The notes: generated by a model not told the origin, from the letters alone. Shown: positions 13,687-26,100, counted from the whole stretch's first letter. The stretch is DNA of 58,470 nucleotides, filler included, from Sphacelaria rigidula (GCA_964200075.2; 4 parts of 4 records of this genome joined end to end with filler, not necessarily neighbours in it), one strand, 5' to 3'. Translations and numbers: made by a program.

Positions 13687-13826
13687 CTCCATATCTGTGA
13701 GGGCTCTGACTTGCACGTGTCCCTTTCGGCGAACACTCCCGGCCAGCAGCAACTTTTCACCAGCATGATCACGACCACCATCGTTGTTGTCGTCGTCGTC
13801 GTCGCCGCCGCCGCGATTTGAATCAT
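13687..13826 (-). CDS. Exon of cNMP-domain protein: ...DHAGEKLLLAGSVRRKGHVQVRALTDME (5' boundary uncertain)
   Basis: GAG|GTGAGA donor in phase 0; GE-x-LL...R...V-x-A-x-TD resembles the phosphate-binding cassette; expected acceptor reads CAA rather than CAG. Confidence 0.62.
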
Positions 13827-14471
13827 TTGCGTAGCGCACACAGCAAAGTGGAAGCCCCGTGTGGCAAAATATTCGAGAAAACACGGTGAAAAAAACTACT
13901 CGTTATGACCGCGATACATGATGGTGACGGGGTTGCGTTTTGCCGAATAATGGAATGCAACATCAAATTCAAAACGACGCCTCGCATGACTCGTGGATAC
14001 GGCGCGTTGTCTTGACCCTTGCATCCAAGCGCACGTTCCACTTTTGAACAGCCTAAGTTTGAGATATTCTCCGGTGACTGGAAGCCGAGTGCCGGGCAAA
14101 CATGCTTACTGATACGTCCTCCGATTGCAGTACCGTAACAGCATTATGGGACCGTGACAGCACTTCCGTTCGAGTACAGGCATGACTACCTACTGTCATA
14201 GAAGACCCACTGAATACGCATACTACCTTGCTACATGATGTCAGCTTCATGGCTCTAGTATTTCATCGCTTTTCATGAGTGGGGATGGCACAGGGTGGTG
14301 AGGTGTCTTCGGCACACGTGCTTTCAACGCAGTCGGTTCTGTTGTCATTATGGTAATCTGCGGGCATACAATGGCAACCATAGAGGAGCAACTACGAAGG
14401 AGAGGGTAGGTACACTAAAGGGAATCAAACATGGCGGACTGTAGCGTCCTACTTTCATAATTCCTGAGCTA

Positions 14472-14543
14472 CCGGTCGCCCCGGTGGCTCAGTTGGTAAC
14501 CTCGTAACCTTCTGATGGTTGAGATGGGGGGTTCGATTCCCAG
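14472..14543 (+). mobile_element. tRNA-derived SINE head, truncated by contig end
   Basis: CCGGTCGCCCCGGTGGCTCAGTTGG (A-box)...GGTTCGATTCCC (B-box); same family as 47382-47757. Confidence 0.85.
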
Positions 14544-14643
14544 NNNNNNNNNNNNNNNNNNNNNNNNNNNNNNNNNNNNNNNNNNNNTTAATTAATTAAN
14601 NNNNNNNNNNNNNNNNNNNNNNNNNNNNNNNNNNNNNNNNNNN
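14544..14643. other. Artificial scaffold spacer (N44-TTAATTAATTAA-N44)
   Basis: 44 N, a 12-mer with stops in all six frames, then 44 N; identical to the other two gaps. Confidence 0.97.
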
Positions 14644-14712
14644 TTCATTTCGTGGTATCGCCACTTCCAGAGACAGCCACGGCTTTTACACTGCCTCATG
14701 GGTGTCTAACCA
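14644..14712 (+). mobile_element. 3' end of repeat family B at contig start
   Basis: Matches 28515-28584 (CGCCACTTCCAGAGACAG...CACTGCCTCATGGGTGTCT). Confidence 0.75.
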
Positions 14713-14720
14713 GTAGGTGG

Positions 14721-14980
14721 GGTGAGTTATAGAAGATAACTCAGCGGTGTGAATTTTCGGCCGGTGAGTTGTAGAAGACAACTTAGCGATGTATATCTTG
14801 GTCAGGTGAGTTCTGCAGCATAACTCAGCGATGCACGTTCTGGTGGGGTAAGTTATAGAGGATAACTCAGCGGTGCACATTCTGGTCGGGTGAGTGATAG
14901 AAGATAACTCAGAGGTGCTTAATCTGATCAAGTGAGTTATAGATGATAACATATCGCTGCAAAATCTGGTCGGGTGATGC
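14721..14980. repeat. 42-bp minisatellite with internal hairpin, six units plus a partial seventh
   Basis: Units start at 14721, 14763, 14805, 14847, 14889, 14931, 14973; consensus GGTGAGTTATAGAAGATAACTCAGCGGTGCACATTCTGGTCG. Confidence 0.9.
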
Positions 14981-15280
14981 ATACCATTATATACGAGATA
15001 CGGTAATGGATCGGTTAAAAAGAGAGAGGGACGTGGACCCCGTTCATGTGTTCTGAGTTCTGTACACAGAGGCGAAACATTAGCCCCTCTGCTTGTGATC
15101 CTTCAATATTTACTCTTACTAGTACACGTGTTCATGTTCCACCGGTGGCAGTGTTTATTTATTATTATGCAGATCTACCCCGAGGTTGCTACGTGTACCG
15201 TCAGACGTCTAACGTGATCACATTTGTTCACTTACACAAGCGACTAGTGTTGACCCTTGTGATCCACAGGTTTCCGATCG

Positions 15281-15495
15281 GGTGAGTCGTACTGCATAAC
15301 TCATTTCCCGACAACTCAGTTGTGAGCTATGCAAAATAACTGAACGGTGCATATTCTGGTATCAAGGTGAGTTATAGAAGATACCTCAGCGGCGACAACC
15401 TGGCCGGGTGAGTTCTAGAAAATAACTCAGCGGTGCATATTCTGGCCGGGAGAGTAAAAGAAGATTACTCAGCGGTGCAAATTTTCGGTCGGTGG
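15281..15495. repeat. Second cluster of the 42-bp hairpin minisatellite, about five diverged units
   Basis: GGTGAGTT.TAGAA.ATAACTCAGCGGTGCATATTCTGG recurs. Confidence 0.85.
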
Positions 15496-15659
15496 TTAAT
15501 ATAGCGTAATTGAGTTAGCTCATGAGTTGTCCGACGTGTGAATAATTACTAGCATAATGCTCGACCGATCCGAATCCCGCGGTACTTACTATCGTGTTGC
15601 CGAGGGAAGACGCGACGTGTCGGCAAGAGGGGTCTCGACGCTAGATGTTTCCCACTTAC

Positions 15660-15772
15660 CACCCACATTGAGTCTTGTCAAAATCTCCTTCATGGAGAAC
15701 TTTCTTTGGTAGGCCGTTAGCTCCTTGTCCTCCGCTCTGACTTCGAACACCATCACGTAATCCCAGTTGTAA
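15660..15772 (-). CDS. Anoctamin/TMEM16-like gene, exon 3: YNWDYVMVFEVRAEDKELTAYQRKFSMKEILTRLNVGG
   Basis: AAG acceptor in phase 2, G|GTAAGT donor; DYVxVF...IL-x-RL-x-x-x-G resembles the anoctamin N-terminal cytosolic motif; gene runs off the contig. Confidence 0.7.
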
Positions 15773-16425
15773 CTTCCAGATGGCGAAAAAAGTAGCAGCA
15801 AATAGCAGACGCCCACTGTCATTGCGAGAATCGACGTAATCAAAGTCAAGCGAGCATCATGCACCGCTACCGCCTTGCGTTTAGACAGGGGTCCCGCACT
15901 ATGGACGCATGTACCAAGCAAGGGTGATTTCGAAACGACAGGTTTTGGCGAGAGCACATCGGTACACAGGTGGCCACTGATACACGCCATCCACATTTCA
16001 TACCGCCCCTAGGTGAGGATGGGTTTCAAACGTACGCGCTGCCATCCTGATTACGCGTTGTGCAACCATCGTGAGTCTTCCCCTGCCCGGGGCATCCATA
16101 TTTTGACTCTATTCGTGCTGCACACACGCTGCTTAAGTTATCCAAAACCTACGGAAGTTTTAAAATATGACTCACGTTTACCAAATGCCACCCGTGACCC
16201 GTGCTAGCTGTTGTGTACAGAGGACACGGAGTAAAAGCCTAACCTACGGTCGCTACTTCAGCGCACGTCCGTGCAAACCCACAGGAAATGGTTTGTTGTA
16301 TTCAGACGGTGATAGTTCGCAGTCGCTCATATTGAAACAAGCAAGACTTGCCATCTGTTATAATACGGTGCTTTTGTATCAAGTGCACATTACGGCAAGA
16401 TCATTAACACGCAGCTCAAGCTTAC

Positions 16426-16520
16426 CCGTTATGCTGCTGAAACATGTCCTTGGCCAAGTCACGATCCATTCTGAGCTGATCTATTTCCTCCTGCACTTGT
16501 GCATCCACTCTTTCCGCATA
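16426..16520 (-). CDS. Anoctamin-like gene, exon 2: YAERVDAQVQEEIDQLRMDRDLAKDMFQQHNG
   Basis: CCAG acceptor in phase 0, GG|GTAAGC donor in phase 2; both phases match the neighbouring exons. Confidence 0.72.
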
Positions 16521-16797
16521 CTGGGTAGCACGTACAGTGCGCAGAGTGCATATGGACAGGCGGGACGGTACCTTGCCCACTATTAATAGTAGTTCCGTGA
16601 GTTTAGCGTCATGTCTCTTACGCGCACTAGCATCGCTATCACTGCATTGGATCTCACGTCCGCCATGCACAGCATCGCCGTGATTTAATCACGTTGGGCC
16701 ATTGAACAATTCGCAGGTTACTTCTTTGTTTTACACCATCGCCCACAGGCCCCCACTATGATGGCCATGGTTCCAGTGGGATTTCATGAGTCGGAAA

Positions 16798-17199
16798 CAA
16801 CATGTCCGTTAGATTAGGAGCGTTTTTTTTTCGGGGGGGGGGGAGTTTTGTCGCGATTTACACAAAGGCGGTCGAATCGTTCGAGACGACCGTCACCACT
16901 TTAAGAGCCCGCGATCTGACGGGAATTTTAGTCAAAAATATTCAACATCGACGTCGTTAGTGCAGAGTTGTGAGGGGGAAATGCCCCCCCCCTCCCCCCC
17001 CGAAGAAGAGATTTCGCACATTTTCGATCGTATCTCATGGAAGGCGTCACTGATTTTAAATCTGTTTGCGCCGGAATTTCCGTCATAACGCGGGCTTCCA
17101 TGGGGGTGGCGGTCGTTAATGACGATTTGACCGTCTCGGTAAAAATCACGAAAAAACTCCCGTTCCGCAAAAACATCCGTTCCTAATGTCACGAACATA
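16798..17199. mobile_element. MITE family C, about 400 bp with about 125-bp imperfect TIRs
   Basis: Arms end in AGCCCGCGATCTGACGGGAATT / AATTTCCGTCATAACGCGGGCT; second copy at 49018-49402. Confidence 0.8.
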
Positions 17200-17904
17200 C
17201 TGTACTGTGAACGTGGCGCCGATCGCCATCAAACTTGGGGGGGAAACCTACCCCATAGCTGTTCGAAGAATGCGGTACTGTTGAGGTATATACAATTCGC
17301 GTGGCGTAGATGTGCACACAGTACGGGCTAGGACCGGAATAGTGTGTGCGTATACTGTGTATGGGTATAAACCCATGCATACACTATACGTGATACAGTA
17401 ATAATCGTTATGGCGATATCTAACTTCTGAGCTCCATTTCTTCGGCAGTGCCTGTAGAATGTTCTGCAGGTAGTAGTCACGTAATGCTTGTTGATTGTAT
17501 TCGTGTCATGTTGTTTGGTGGCAGAAATTGCAAATCAAACTGCTGCGGTACGTTGCGTCGTCGCGAGACACCTCAAGACATGAGTCACACCCATTGGCCC
17601 TTCCAGAAAATAGAGTTGCAGCAGCGATAAAAATGGCGGTGCTGTTGCCGGCACCTTATCATGGCGCACGAGCTACACGTCGCGGTGTTTTCAACATACC
17701 ACAGAGCCGTACGCAGCAGGGCTAAGTCAGACCCTGGAGTACACAGTATCGCTTAGTACGGTACGTGGCGGGGGAAAGTCCCAACGAATATTGTGCAAAC
17801 GCCTCAGATCAACTTGTGTGCGGTACACAATGAGTTGCACCCACGGCAAGGAACCGCGGACGGGCTCCACATCATGCTACGCGCGAGGAGAAAACAAAAC
17901 TTAC

Positions 17905-18186
17905 TTTGAGCAGCAGGTACAGGAGTAGCAGCAGCACGCACGAGACACCGGCGATGATTGCCGCGCTCAACAACGCCCCGTCCTCCACCACTTGATCGTC
18001 CTCATCACTGGCCGTCTCCACTTGATCACTGGCCGCCTCCAAGGTATCGTCCTCGTAATCATCAGCATATTCCGCAGCAACGCCGTTCCCGAACAACACA
18101 CGCACGACGTGCACAGCGCGGACTACAACGACTAGTGATGGCAGCGGACATCGTCCCAGGGATGTCATCGAGGGCCCACCCATCAT
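17905..18186 (-). CDS. Anoctamin-like gene, exon 1: hydrophobic leader, acidic stretch, TM helix (LLSAAIIAGVSCVLLLLLYLLLK)
   Basis: ATG start, GC-rich coding composition, AAA|GTAAGT donor in phase 0. Confidence 0.68.
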
Positions 18187-18899
18187 TCTCTTGTATTGGT
18201 TCGCACGGCGAGAGTAATGTACGCTATAAGCTCAAGACGGGTGTGTTCTTGAAGGGGTAGGTAGATCAACGTTTCAGTTGCCAGTATAGTCTACTGTACT
18301 GTAGTAACTACTATAGTTATTTTGGCCGGCGCAAGCGAATGCGGGGCAATACGTTCAAATCGAAAAAATGTGGAGAAGCCGCGGTACAAAGGTTGTGGTA
18401 CATTGCTGTCAGCGACACGGGTATTTTGACGGATCGCACGTGCCGATGTGTACCTATACAGAAGAGTTCTAGTGATATGTCCGTAGGTGAAATTTCCTGC
18501 CTGCCTTCGGCTTCGGAAATATTACGATGTTTCAGTGGGGATGGCATTGCGGGTGGGTCTGGGACGTGTTCTGATTGGTGTGTATCTTACCGTGGGAACG
18601 TATTTCCATTGGCCAGTTGACCTCGGATGCGGCGGATCCATCTCGTTTTGGGCCGGTGGCATATGTTATTGTATCTTGGGTGTGCAAGAGCTGTTCGACA
18701 ACGAGACCAATCCATTAAGTGCAATATGGGTTCAAATGTAGAAAACGGTGGTGTGATGCATGACAGCTTTCGGCTGCTGTGGTGTCGGCTTACCTCTTAG
18801 GGAGGCATTTAGTCGTGATGGGGGCAGCATTCGCCCAGGAACACGAGAAGCGAGCGAAAAGTGTCGCACATCGGATGTCAATGTTAGTATTGTACTCTG

Positions 18900-19200
18900 C
18901 TCGAGGTCTATGGCGCCTCTCTGACGCCTGGTGTGTTGCCAGCATAGCTTCACACTGTCTGCAGTGATGTTGAACACTAAGCAGAGGCATCAGCAGCATC
19001 CAGCAAAATTGTATCCGGTCTAGAGCGATGGCGCACTTACTGTACTGTCTCTTGCCGTTATATACAGCGAAGACCATGAAGCACACATACATACCGACTC
19101 TGCACGCAAGTTACTGCAGTGTCAAAACAGGGGTTCTCCTGGAATACTTTCTATGTACATGCCAAATATCCGCATGTTCATAAAAAAGGCGCTTTGTGTA
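18900..19200 (+). repeat. Interspersed repeat shared with 48310-48605
   Basis: GTTGCCAGCATAGCTTC...ACTAAGCAGAG.CATCAG...AGAGCGATG...GACTCTGC.CGCA collinear in both. Confidence 0.7.
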
Positions 19201-19479
19201 CTGTATATTTGCAGAACTCACTGCCTGGGTGTAAGCAACTCAGCTGTGAATGATCAAGTTATTTGTACCCGCTTGAATTGCCATCACCAAAACGAAACAT
19301 GCCATTAGAGAGCGAAGTAGTCCGCCTGTAGTCCGCCTGTAGGAGAACTAAGTGCGCATTTTGACGACCGTGATCGGTCAAAGTGGTCATCCCACGCCTC
19401 TCGGGCCTCGTTCCTGGCTTAGAATCTTCTGCGGGTCCAAAATGAGGCCTTGAGTAGGGGGGTAGAGGAACGGTTCCAA

Positions 19480-20063
19480 GATTGTGTTCTGTAGGGTACG
19501 CGGGTATCATATTTGTTATGTAGGGTATGGGATTCCTTACAAAACTTACAGAAAGTATCGAGTACCGCGGTATGGAAGTCTTACAGAGCTTACAGGACTG
19601 TCGGGTACCGGTTTGAAAGTCTTACAGATATTACCGAACTTCCCGGGTACGGTATGGGAGGCTTGCAGAAAAACCGTACCCGCAATCGAATATTTCTTCA
19701 CGAACATACCCGCGCTCCGGGTACGGGTAAACATCATGTACAGAACTCATAGGACTCTCGATAAGGGTATGGGAGGCTTATATAATTCACAGAAACTGTC
19801 GGGCAAGGTATGGAGGTTGCACAGAAAACCGTACCCGCAACCGGGTATTTCATCAAGAGCATACCCGTTCCCCCCGTAACGGCACGGTAGGTCTACAGAA
19901 CTCACAGAACTATCGGGTAAGGGTATCAAAGTCTTACAGAGAGTACAAAACTGTCGGATACTAGTATAAAAGTCTTAACATAAGTCACAGGACTGTCGGG
20001 TGCGGCAAACACCCGGGAAAATACCCCGCGTATGCAGAAAACCGTATCCTACAGAACACAATC
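19480..20063. mobile_element. Non-autonomous TIR element, about 580 bp, with internal tandem repeats
   Basis: TIRs GATTGTGTTCTGTAGGGTACG / CGTATCCTACAGAACACAATC; internal CAGAAC...TGTCGGGTA repeats. Confidence 0.82.
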
Positions 20064-23000
20064 GAAAAATTGTGATTGTGTACATGGAAAACGTGCAAAA
20101 ATGGGGGGAAAGGCCCTTTTTCTCCTTGCCCTCCGCTTGGTTTCTTCTCATAGTGTCGTTTGTTTCCGTTTCTAAATGCGGAGGGTGGTAACCCCTGACA
20201 TTTGGTACTGCTCGCTTCATATACTTCGGGGCGCGGACTTGGGACGCGGACATCCCCAGTACTGCGCACACAACAACTGCATGACATGAATATATGGGTT
20301 CGCTGTTGTCGAGGATGCTCATGATGCTATTTGGGCACTGCGCTACTGGCATGACACCATGTGATGAGATGTGGACGATAAGACGTGGGCACGTGACCGT
20401 TTAGCGTGAAATGGACTAACTTCCCTTTTCATGGTGGAAACATGGATAGATAAAACTATGGTAAATAGATGGATAATTCTGAAAGGCACCCCCAACGTGA
20501 AGAACGGCCCTGAGCACACCCTTGGCAACGGCCGTCCGACTTGGCCCCAACATCTTTGACCAAAATCTAAGCCCCCGGATTCGTGCGAAGTCCTGCTTTA
20601 CAGGCTGGTCTCACAAGTGGAGATAAAGGAGTTTCTCTCCGGGGTACGTAGCACGAACGCGAGCTGAGAGTAGCACAGTCAGTAGAATCCCCGCGATCGC
20701 ACAAAAACCCTGAAGTGCGCCGTATACTCTGCTTGATCAGTTGAGCAAGCTGAGGTTTTCATGCATTTCATGAACAACATGGACATTCCAGTCTCCTTCT
20801 TTACAAGTTGATTCCGCTACATTTTGGAAGCTGCCATCAGAGCGTGCACGCTACTCTCACGGTCTTGCACTATCGTGCAACCTTCATCGAGGATGCGGAT
20901 ATCCCAAATGGCCTTCCATCGATCTGAAATCCCAGATGGGCACGGTAGTATACCCTGCGTAAACCCGAGTGAGTACCTCACGTGATGGTCGGGGAATAGT
21001 CCTTCCGTGCTCCCGAGTGGTCTCTTAACGTCATATTTATTTTCCAAATACATCTTGCGGCATATGTATACAACAACAATCCTTGTGTATCGTGTGAACA
21101 GCATCTATCAATGACAACCCGTCAAGTCAAATGACTGCCCCAGAACAAGTACGCGGAATAACAACTCTATCACCAATTAATTGATGGTAGCATGAAGATC
21201 GGACGACAGTGTGTATTGGCGACCAATCAGAGCAGCCAGTCAAAAGCATTGAACGATCAATTGTAAACCTGCGTGCTGCTTCGTTCCATGATATAATATT
21301 TTGGCTAATAAATATCCAGGATTTTCTCCCCGGAAACGTCTGATCAAAGTGACGAATTCCACCTTGTGACGTCATTTATATCTAAAACCCCTCCGCTTCA
21401 AAGTGAGGTGGTTTGCATCAGCTGTCAACCAAGAACTATTGGCCTATCGTATTTCATTGATTTTTCCTCGCCACTCAGAAAATTACGTCCCGCTTGACCC
21501 TTCTGTCCTCAATACAAAATGCCTTATCCGTGTTGTGTGTCCTGCACCTTCGAGGAACGACAGGACGACCGAGAGTGTTAGGTACTGCCGGAACGATAAT
21601 GCCAATGGTGTGGCGAAGACAGCCTTCGCGTCTTGCATAATGTAGGCGCTCCGTCTGCTGGCACGTACGTTCGGTGGCGTAGCGATTACGTTGACACGAC
21701 CGCTCGCCTCTTCGCTTTTGAAACGCGGTGTAACCCCCCAACTGGTTTCGAGCTTCATAGCTTGCATGACCCATCATTTATGACGGCAACATATCGAGTT
21801 TATGCGTACTGCATACTCAAGAAATCACAGTGCACGGCAATTTTCTACACATGGGTATCCGTACGCCAAACTTCCAGTGCCATTCTGCGGCTAAAGGGTT
21901 ACACTTTCCCACCGCACCAACATCCTTTCGGTGCTATATGTTCCTTTCACATTGGAAACAATCGAAGTATACATGGAGAAGCAGGAGCACAAAAACCTAG
22001 GGCAACGCACGTCGCGAATGAAACGCAGGACGGCTCTTAGATGTTTCTTCTTCAACGACAGGTGCCGCACGTTCCCCTTCCAGATTCACCATAAATAGTC
22101 CCTCGACGTTTTTGCGGTTGTTCCACAGATAGCCCAACTCGCCACCTCGGAACCGCGACGCATTCCACTGGCGACGATTGCTTCTCGCTCTTGTGCCTCC
22201 CGCACGGCTTCAGACCGCATTCGTCCCACCTCTCCTCGGTTATCGTGTGGGCTGTCTTCTATATTTTCTTTTTCTTCGTCAGCCGTAGTTGACGCCAATC
22301 CTATTGCCAGATTGTCGTCACTATGTATTTTGCTTAACTCAGGAGAAAATCGAACTGACGACGAGGTGTGTTTTCTGGGCGAAGAACGAAACTCCGGGCT
22401 ACTCTTGGTGCTTTTCAGGCTCCGGTTCGCTTGTCCATTAATGGTATTGCGTTCTCCTCGCCCCCGACCGCCTTCGCTGAACTCATTTCTAAATCCAGCA
22501 GCACGCAGTGATCCCAAAGATACGGACGATCGAGTGTTTTGTTCGGTGTTAGGCTGTCCGGAAGTCGAAAAAGGGACGGAGCGGAGGCTGGTGAAGAACA
22601 TCTTACCCTCCGGGTAGGGCTCGGGCGGCTCCTGGGGAGTGGACGGGTGGAAGGAACGAGGGCGACGTGCAAGGAGGCGATTTCACAGCGGGCTTTGGTA
22701 GAGGTTGATACCATGACCGGACGTAAGTACCCCGACTTCGGAAACAACGCGTGAGCAGTAAGTCCGACACAGGACACCTCGCTGCCAAGCGCGAAGGCGA
22801 TGAGCAAGTTGGGAGCTACACACCAGTATTGTTGGCCTATTTTTCATGCAGGGTGGTGGAAACGGAGTTCGGCAGACTCCCATGCTTCCGACGCGTGAAA
22901 CCGAATTCCTGGGACTAACCCTTACGTGAAGTGACTTAAGGGTGGGATCGCGATGATGATTAGTGCATTAATATCGCAACCTTCCTTGCGATACCAAAGC

Positions 23001-23149
23001 GAGATAGCTTCGTTTTCTTCTTTCGATGGTGCGATCTTCACCACGAGACTTGTGTGCCTTCGGTATGCGAAAAAAATGCTTGACATCGAAGCGCCAAGCT
23101 CATTAAGGCAGCCCGGGGCCATGTAACACCGGGTAGATAGCGCTTTGGG

Positions 23150-26100
23150 GTCAACTGAAAAACGTGATTTTTGCATGCATGCCTTGCGTGGCGCGATGAA
23201 TAAAAGAAATCATGTCACCTCTTTGTAGCGCAAGCGTCGTCGGGTGATGCCTTCTGGGCAAACGTACTCTCCGTTCTTCACCACCAGGCGGAAGCGCTCG
23301 TGCCGCGGGAGCTAATATAAACAAGAGATAGTGCGTGTAGTCAGTACCGCGTGATGATAGTATGAAGATGGCAATGACAACCATAGTGTATGTCTTCTGC
23401 GGGACAGAGATTGTGTTGTACATCTCCAAAGCGCCCGGTGCCTTGTTGACAAGAACAGTCCTCTCAGTGGAGACTCCATTGGTTAGTTGGCGCTTCATTG
23501 CGCTAGGGTGTATCCCATACACAGTGTGGTGGTGAAGGACCGGAGCGATCATTCCCGTCATACGAAATGAACGCGAGAGACCAGTGTATGGTTGGAGGTA
23601 TATGTAGCGCATATTTCCGGCCTCCAAATAGGGGTGGCTTAAATGCGTTCCCCTATCTGATATATCACCGCTGCATGGCCTCCGCAATATGATGACGCTA
23701 TCAACGCAGGCACGCGCAAGACGCGAAGACAAGATCTTCGAGCAACGTAAACGTTTGTGGGGAAAAAAGTACAACGCATAGTACCTCCTTTTCTGGGTAC
23801 CGCTGGCGCTCAAAGTCTCTCCGCCGTCGGTAGCCGTCTTCACTTAGAAGACTCTTCGAAATCTTGACCCCTGCCATCGATTCTCCTTGATTGTCCTTGA
23901 ATTTATATCCTGGGTTGAAATGAGTATCACCCACCCACTTATTCGAGTTCTCCTGAAAGTTGTTCCAAACGGTGCGGTAGGTTGAGGCCGAAGAGTGGCG
24001 GTGCTTGAGAAGTGCTGAACAACGGTCAATGCGTCTATACGTGTCAAATCAAAGTGACACTTGAAGCGCACAGCAATGCAAAGCAGTATTCGAACGGAGC
24101 AGAAGGCCTTCCAGCTCTGCCGTCCCTCCCGGTTGCGAAAAGTAACGGTTCGTCAAACTCCCGGAGCTAACATTTCTCCGGCAAAGGCAATATTCTCGTG
24201 GCACGGTACAATGACAGCAACTGAGCACTTGAGGGTGTTCATGCGTTGTTAGAAACGCGATCTACAACTCTTCTGCCCAGTACTTCTCCCCAAGCTCACG
24301 GGGTCATTGCTAGCATCCGCCACACGAAGTGAACGAGTACGCCACACGCGTTTGTAACGGGCGCTGCAGATAACTTGATCGTGTGCGGACGTGCAGATAG
24401 ACGCCCCCCCACAAAGTCGACAAAATATTCCACTCACATCTCGGCAGGTTGGGATGTTTTGTGACCCTCTACCCTCATATTTCCCCCAAGGAAACAGGGA
24501 GTTCTTCACGACTCCAGAGAAGATGCGCTGCATGTCGTTGCGGTCCGCGTATTGAACATCCGGCCCTGAAATCACACGTGGCAGACACACGGGTCTCTAC
24601 ATGGCATTATTACTGTTTACGATAGATATTTCAAGTATTGCTGTCCCGGGTAGAGGAATAGTTCCCGTTGTTTAGAACAGGGTTCACAATATCGGGAGGC
24701 CGTTGGAGCACTGACATAGTGATTCACAACCAGACCAAGGAAGACAACGATTCTGACCGCAGGAACAAAAATAGCAAGTGGGCTTATGCTTATCGGGATA
24801 TCATCAGTTTCGTAAGGGGCAACCATGGGTTTAGGTGCTTTTGTCTTTAGGATGTAAGCGTTTGGGTGGTGGGCGGGAACCTGAAATGTTCTTGCACACC
24901 ATATTAATCGTTTTCGGCGCCATATCAGGCTCTATATGAACCTTCGGCGTGACTCTCGAGTCTTTATAGGGAAAGTGGGGAGTGAGCGCCATGTCGTCTC
25001 TACTCCTACGACCATTGATAGTAACCAATGATCAAAATCGAGAGGTGTTCATGTCTCGTTCCTGCAGGGCTCGTGCTTAAGAAACTCTGCCGAAGTATTG
25101 TGGTTTCCAGATAGGTGAGTCGCCTTCTACTTCCATGATCTTGGCCGTTATGTTTGACGTGTTTTGCGTCGCTTCATTTGTGTACGGCGCCCCGACCAGA
25201 AGTCATACGGCAGGGGGCTGCCTTTGATGTCGTTCCTGGTCATCACGTGACCATGTTTGTTCTATACTCGTACTCTTCTTTGCTTTTCCCCAGTTCTTTT
25301 AGAGTCCCCAGTGAGCATTCTGTTTAATTACCTTGAGTACGTCTACCTTGTCACCACGGTCGGATTTGCAATAGATGACTTCATGTCGATGTGTGACAAT
25401 CAATCGATCGAACAACGTTATGCATGCCTTCGCGGTTTGGATGTGCGGGTGGCAATGGGCACAAATCATTGCAAGGTGCGTCGCTGTCCCTAAACTCATG
25501 TGATGGGATGATCTCTTCCTCTACCTCTCCGTATATAAAACCAACGACATGAACCCGGAGCGCTGCCTACTGCAAAGCGATAATCGACAACTTGCTCGTA
25601 GCTCACCAATTTCTTTTTCTTTTTCCCGTGGCCGTAAGAAATACCGTGGGGGCTCCCAGTGGGGATGCTCCACTCGTCCATGTATCTTGGCCTGTTGTCG
25701 GGCGACACAGCAGCTATTGAAAGCATTTGCAGCAAACAACCACATCGTACAATCATTGCGGGCAACGTCACGACCAAGTCTGGCGAAGGCTTGTCTATCA
25801 GGTGATCGTGCACTTTGACACACAGAAATTCAACTGACAGAGCGCTACCGCATGGCTACTTTTGTGCACACACAGGGCGACGATCAAAATCATTGGCACC
25901 CACGCGAGAGAATCTAAGTTCTCCAGCAAGCAGTCTGAGGTTCTAGACTGTAGGTTCTCATGCGCATTTACGTGACGTTCGAGACGCTTCGTTCTGCTAG
26001 ACATTCACCGTAAATATGGCGAACAAGGCTGTATCATCTCAGTTATCGCGCAGGAGATTGTCGTGCGAAAATCTGTCTCTGGTTTTCGTGTCAGCACTGC

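Noticed and set aside
14472..14543. Functional tRNA gene (also 38630-38699, 43955-44030, 47382-47455)
   Set aside because: No complete cloverleaf or acceptor stem; the longer copies continue into a shared SINE body.
14588..14599. TTAATTAATTAA as a biological motif (piggyBac TSD or PacI site)
   Set aside because: Sits at the centre of identical N-runs three times; assembly linker.
14686..14982. ORF with ELSSITHPTR repeats, or a CRISPR-like array
   Set aside because: It is the translation of a 42-bp minisatellite; no unique spacers, no cas genes, eukaryotic intron context.
9707..18186. One gene fusing the anoctamin-like N-terminus to cNMP domains
   Set aside because: Same strand but separated by an artificial spacer between unrelated contigs.
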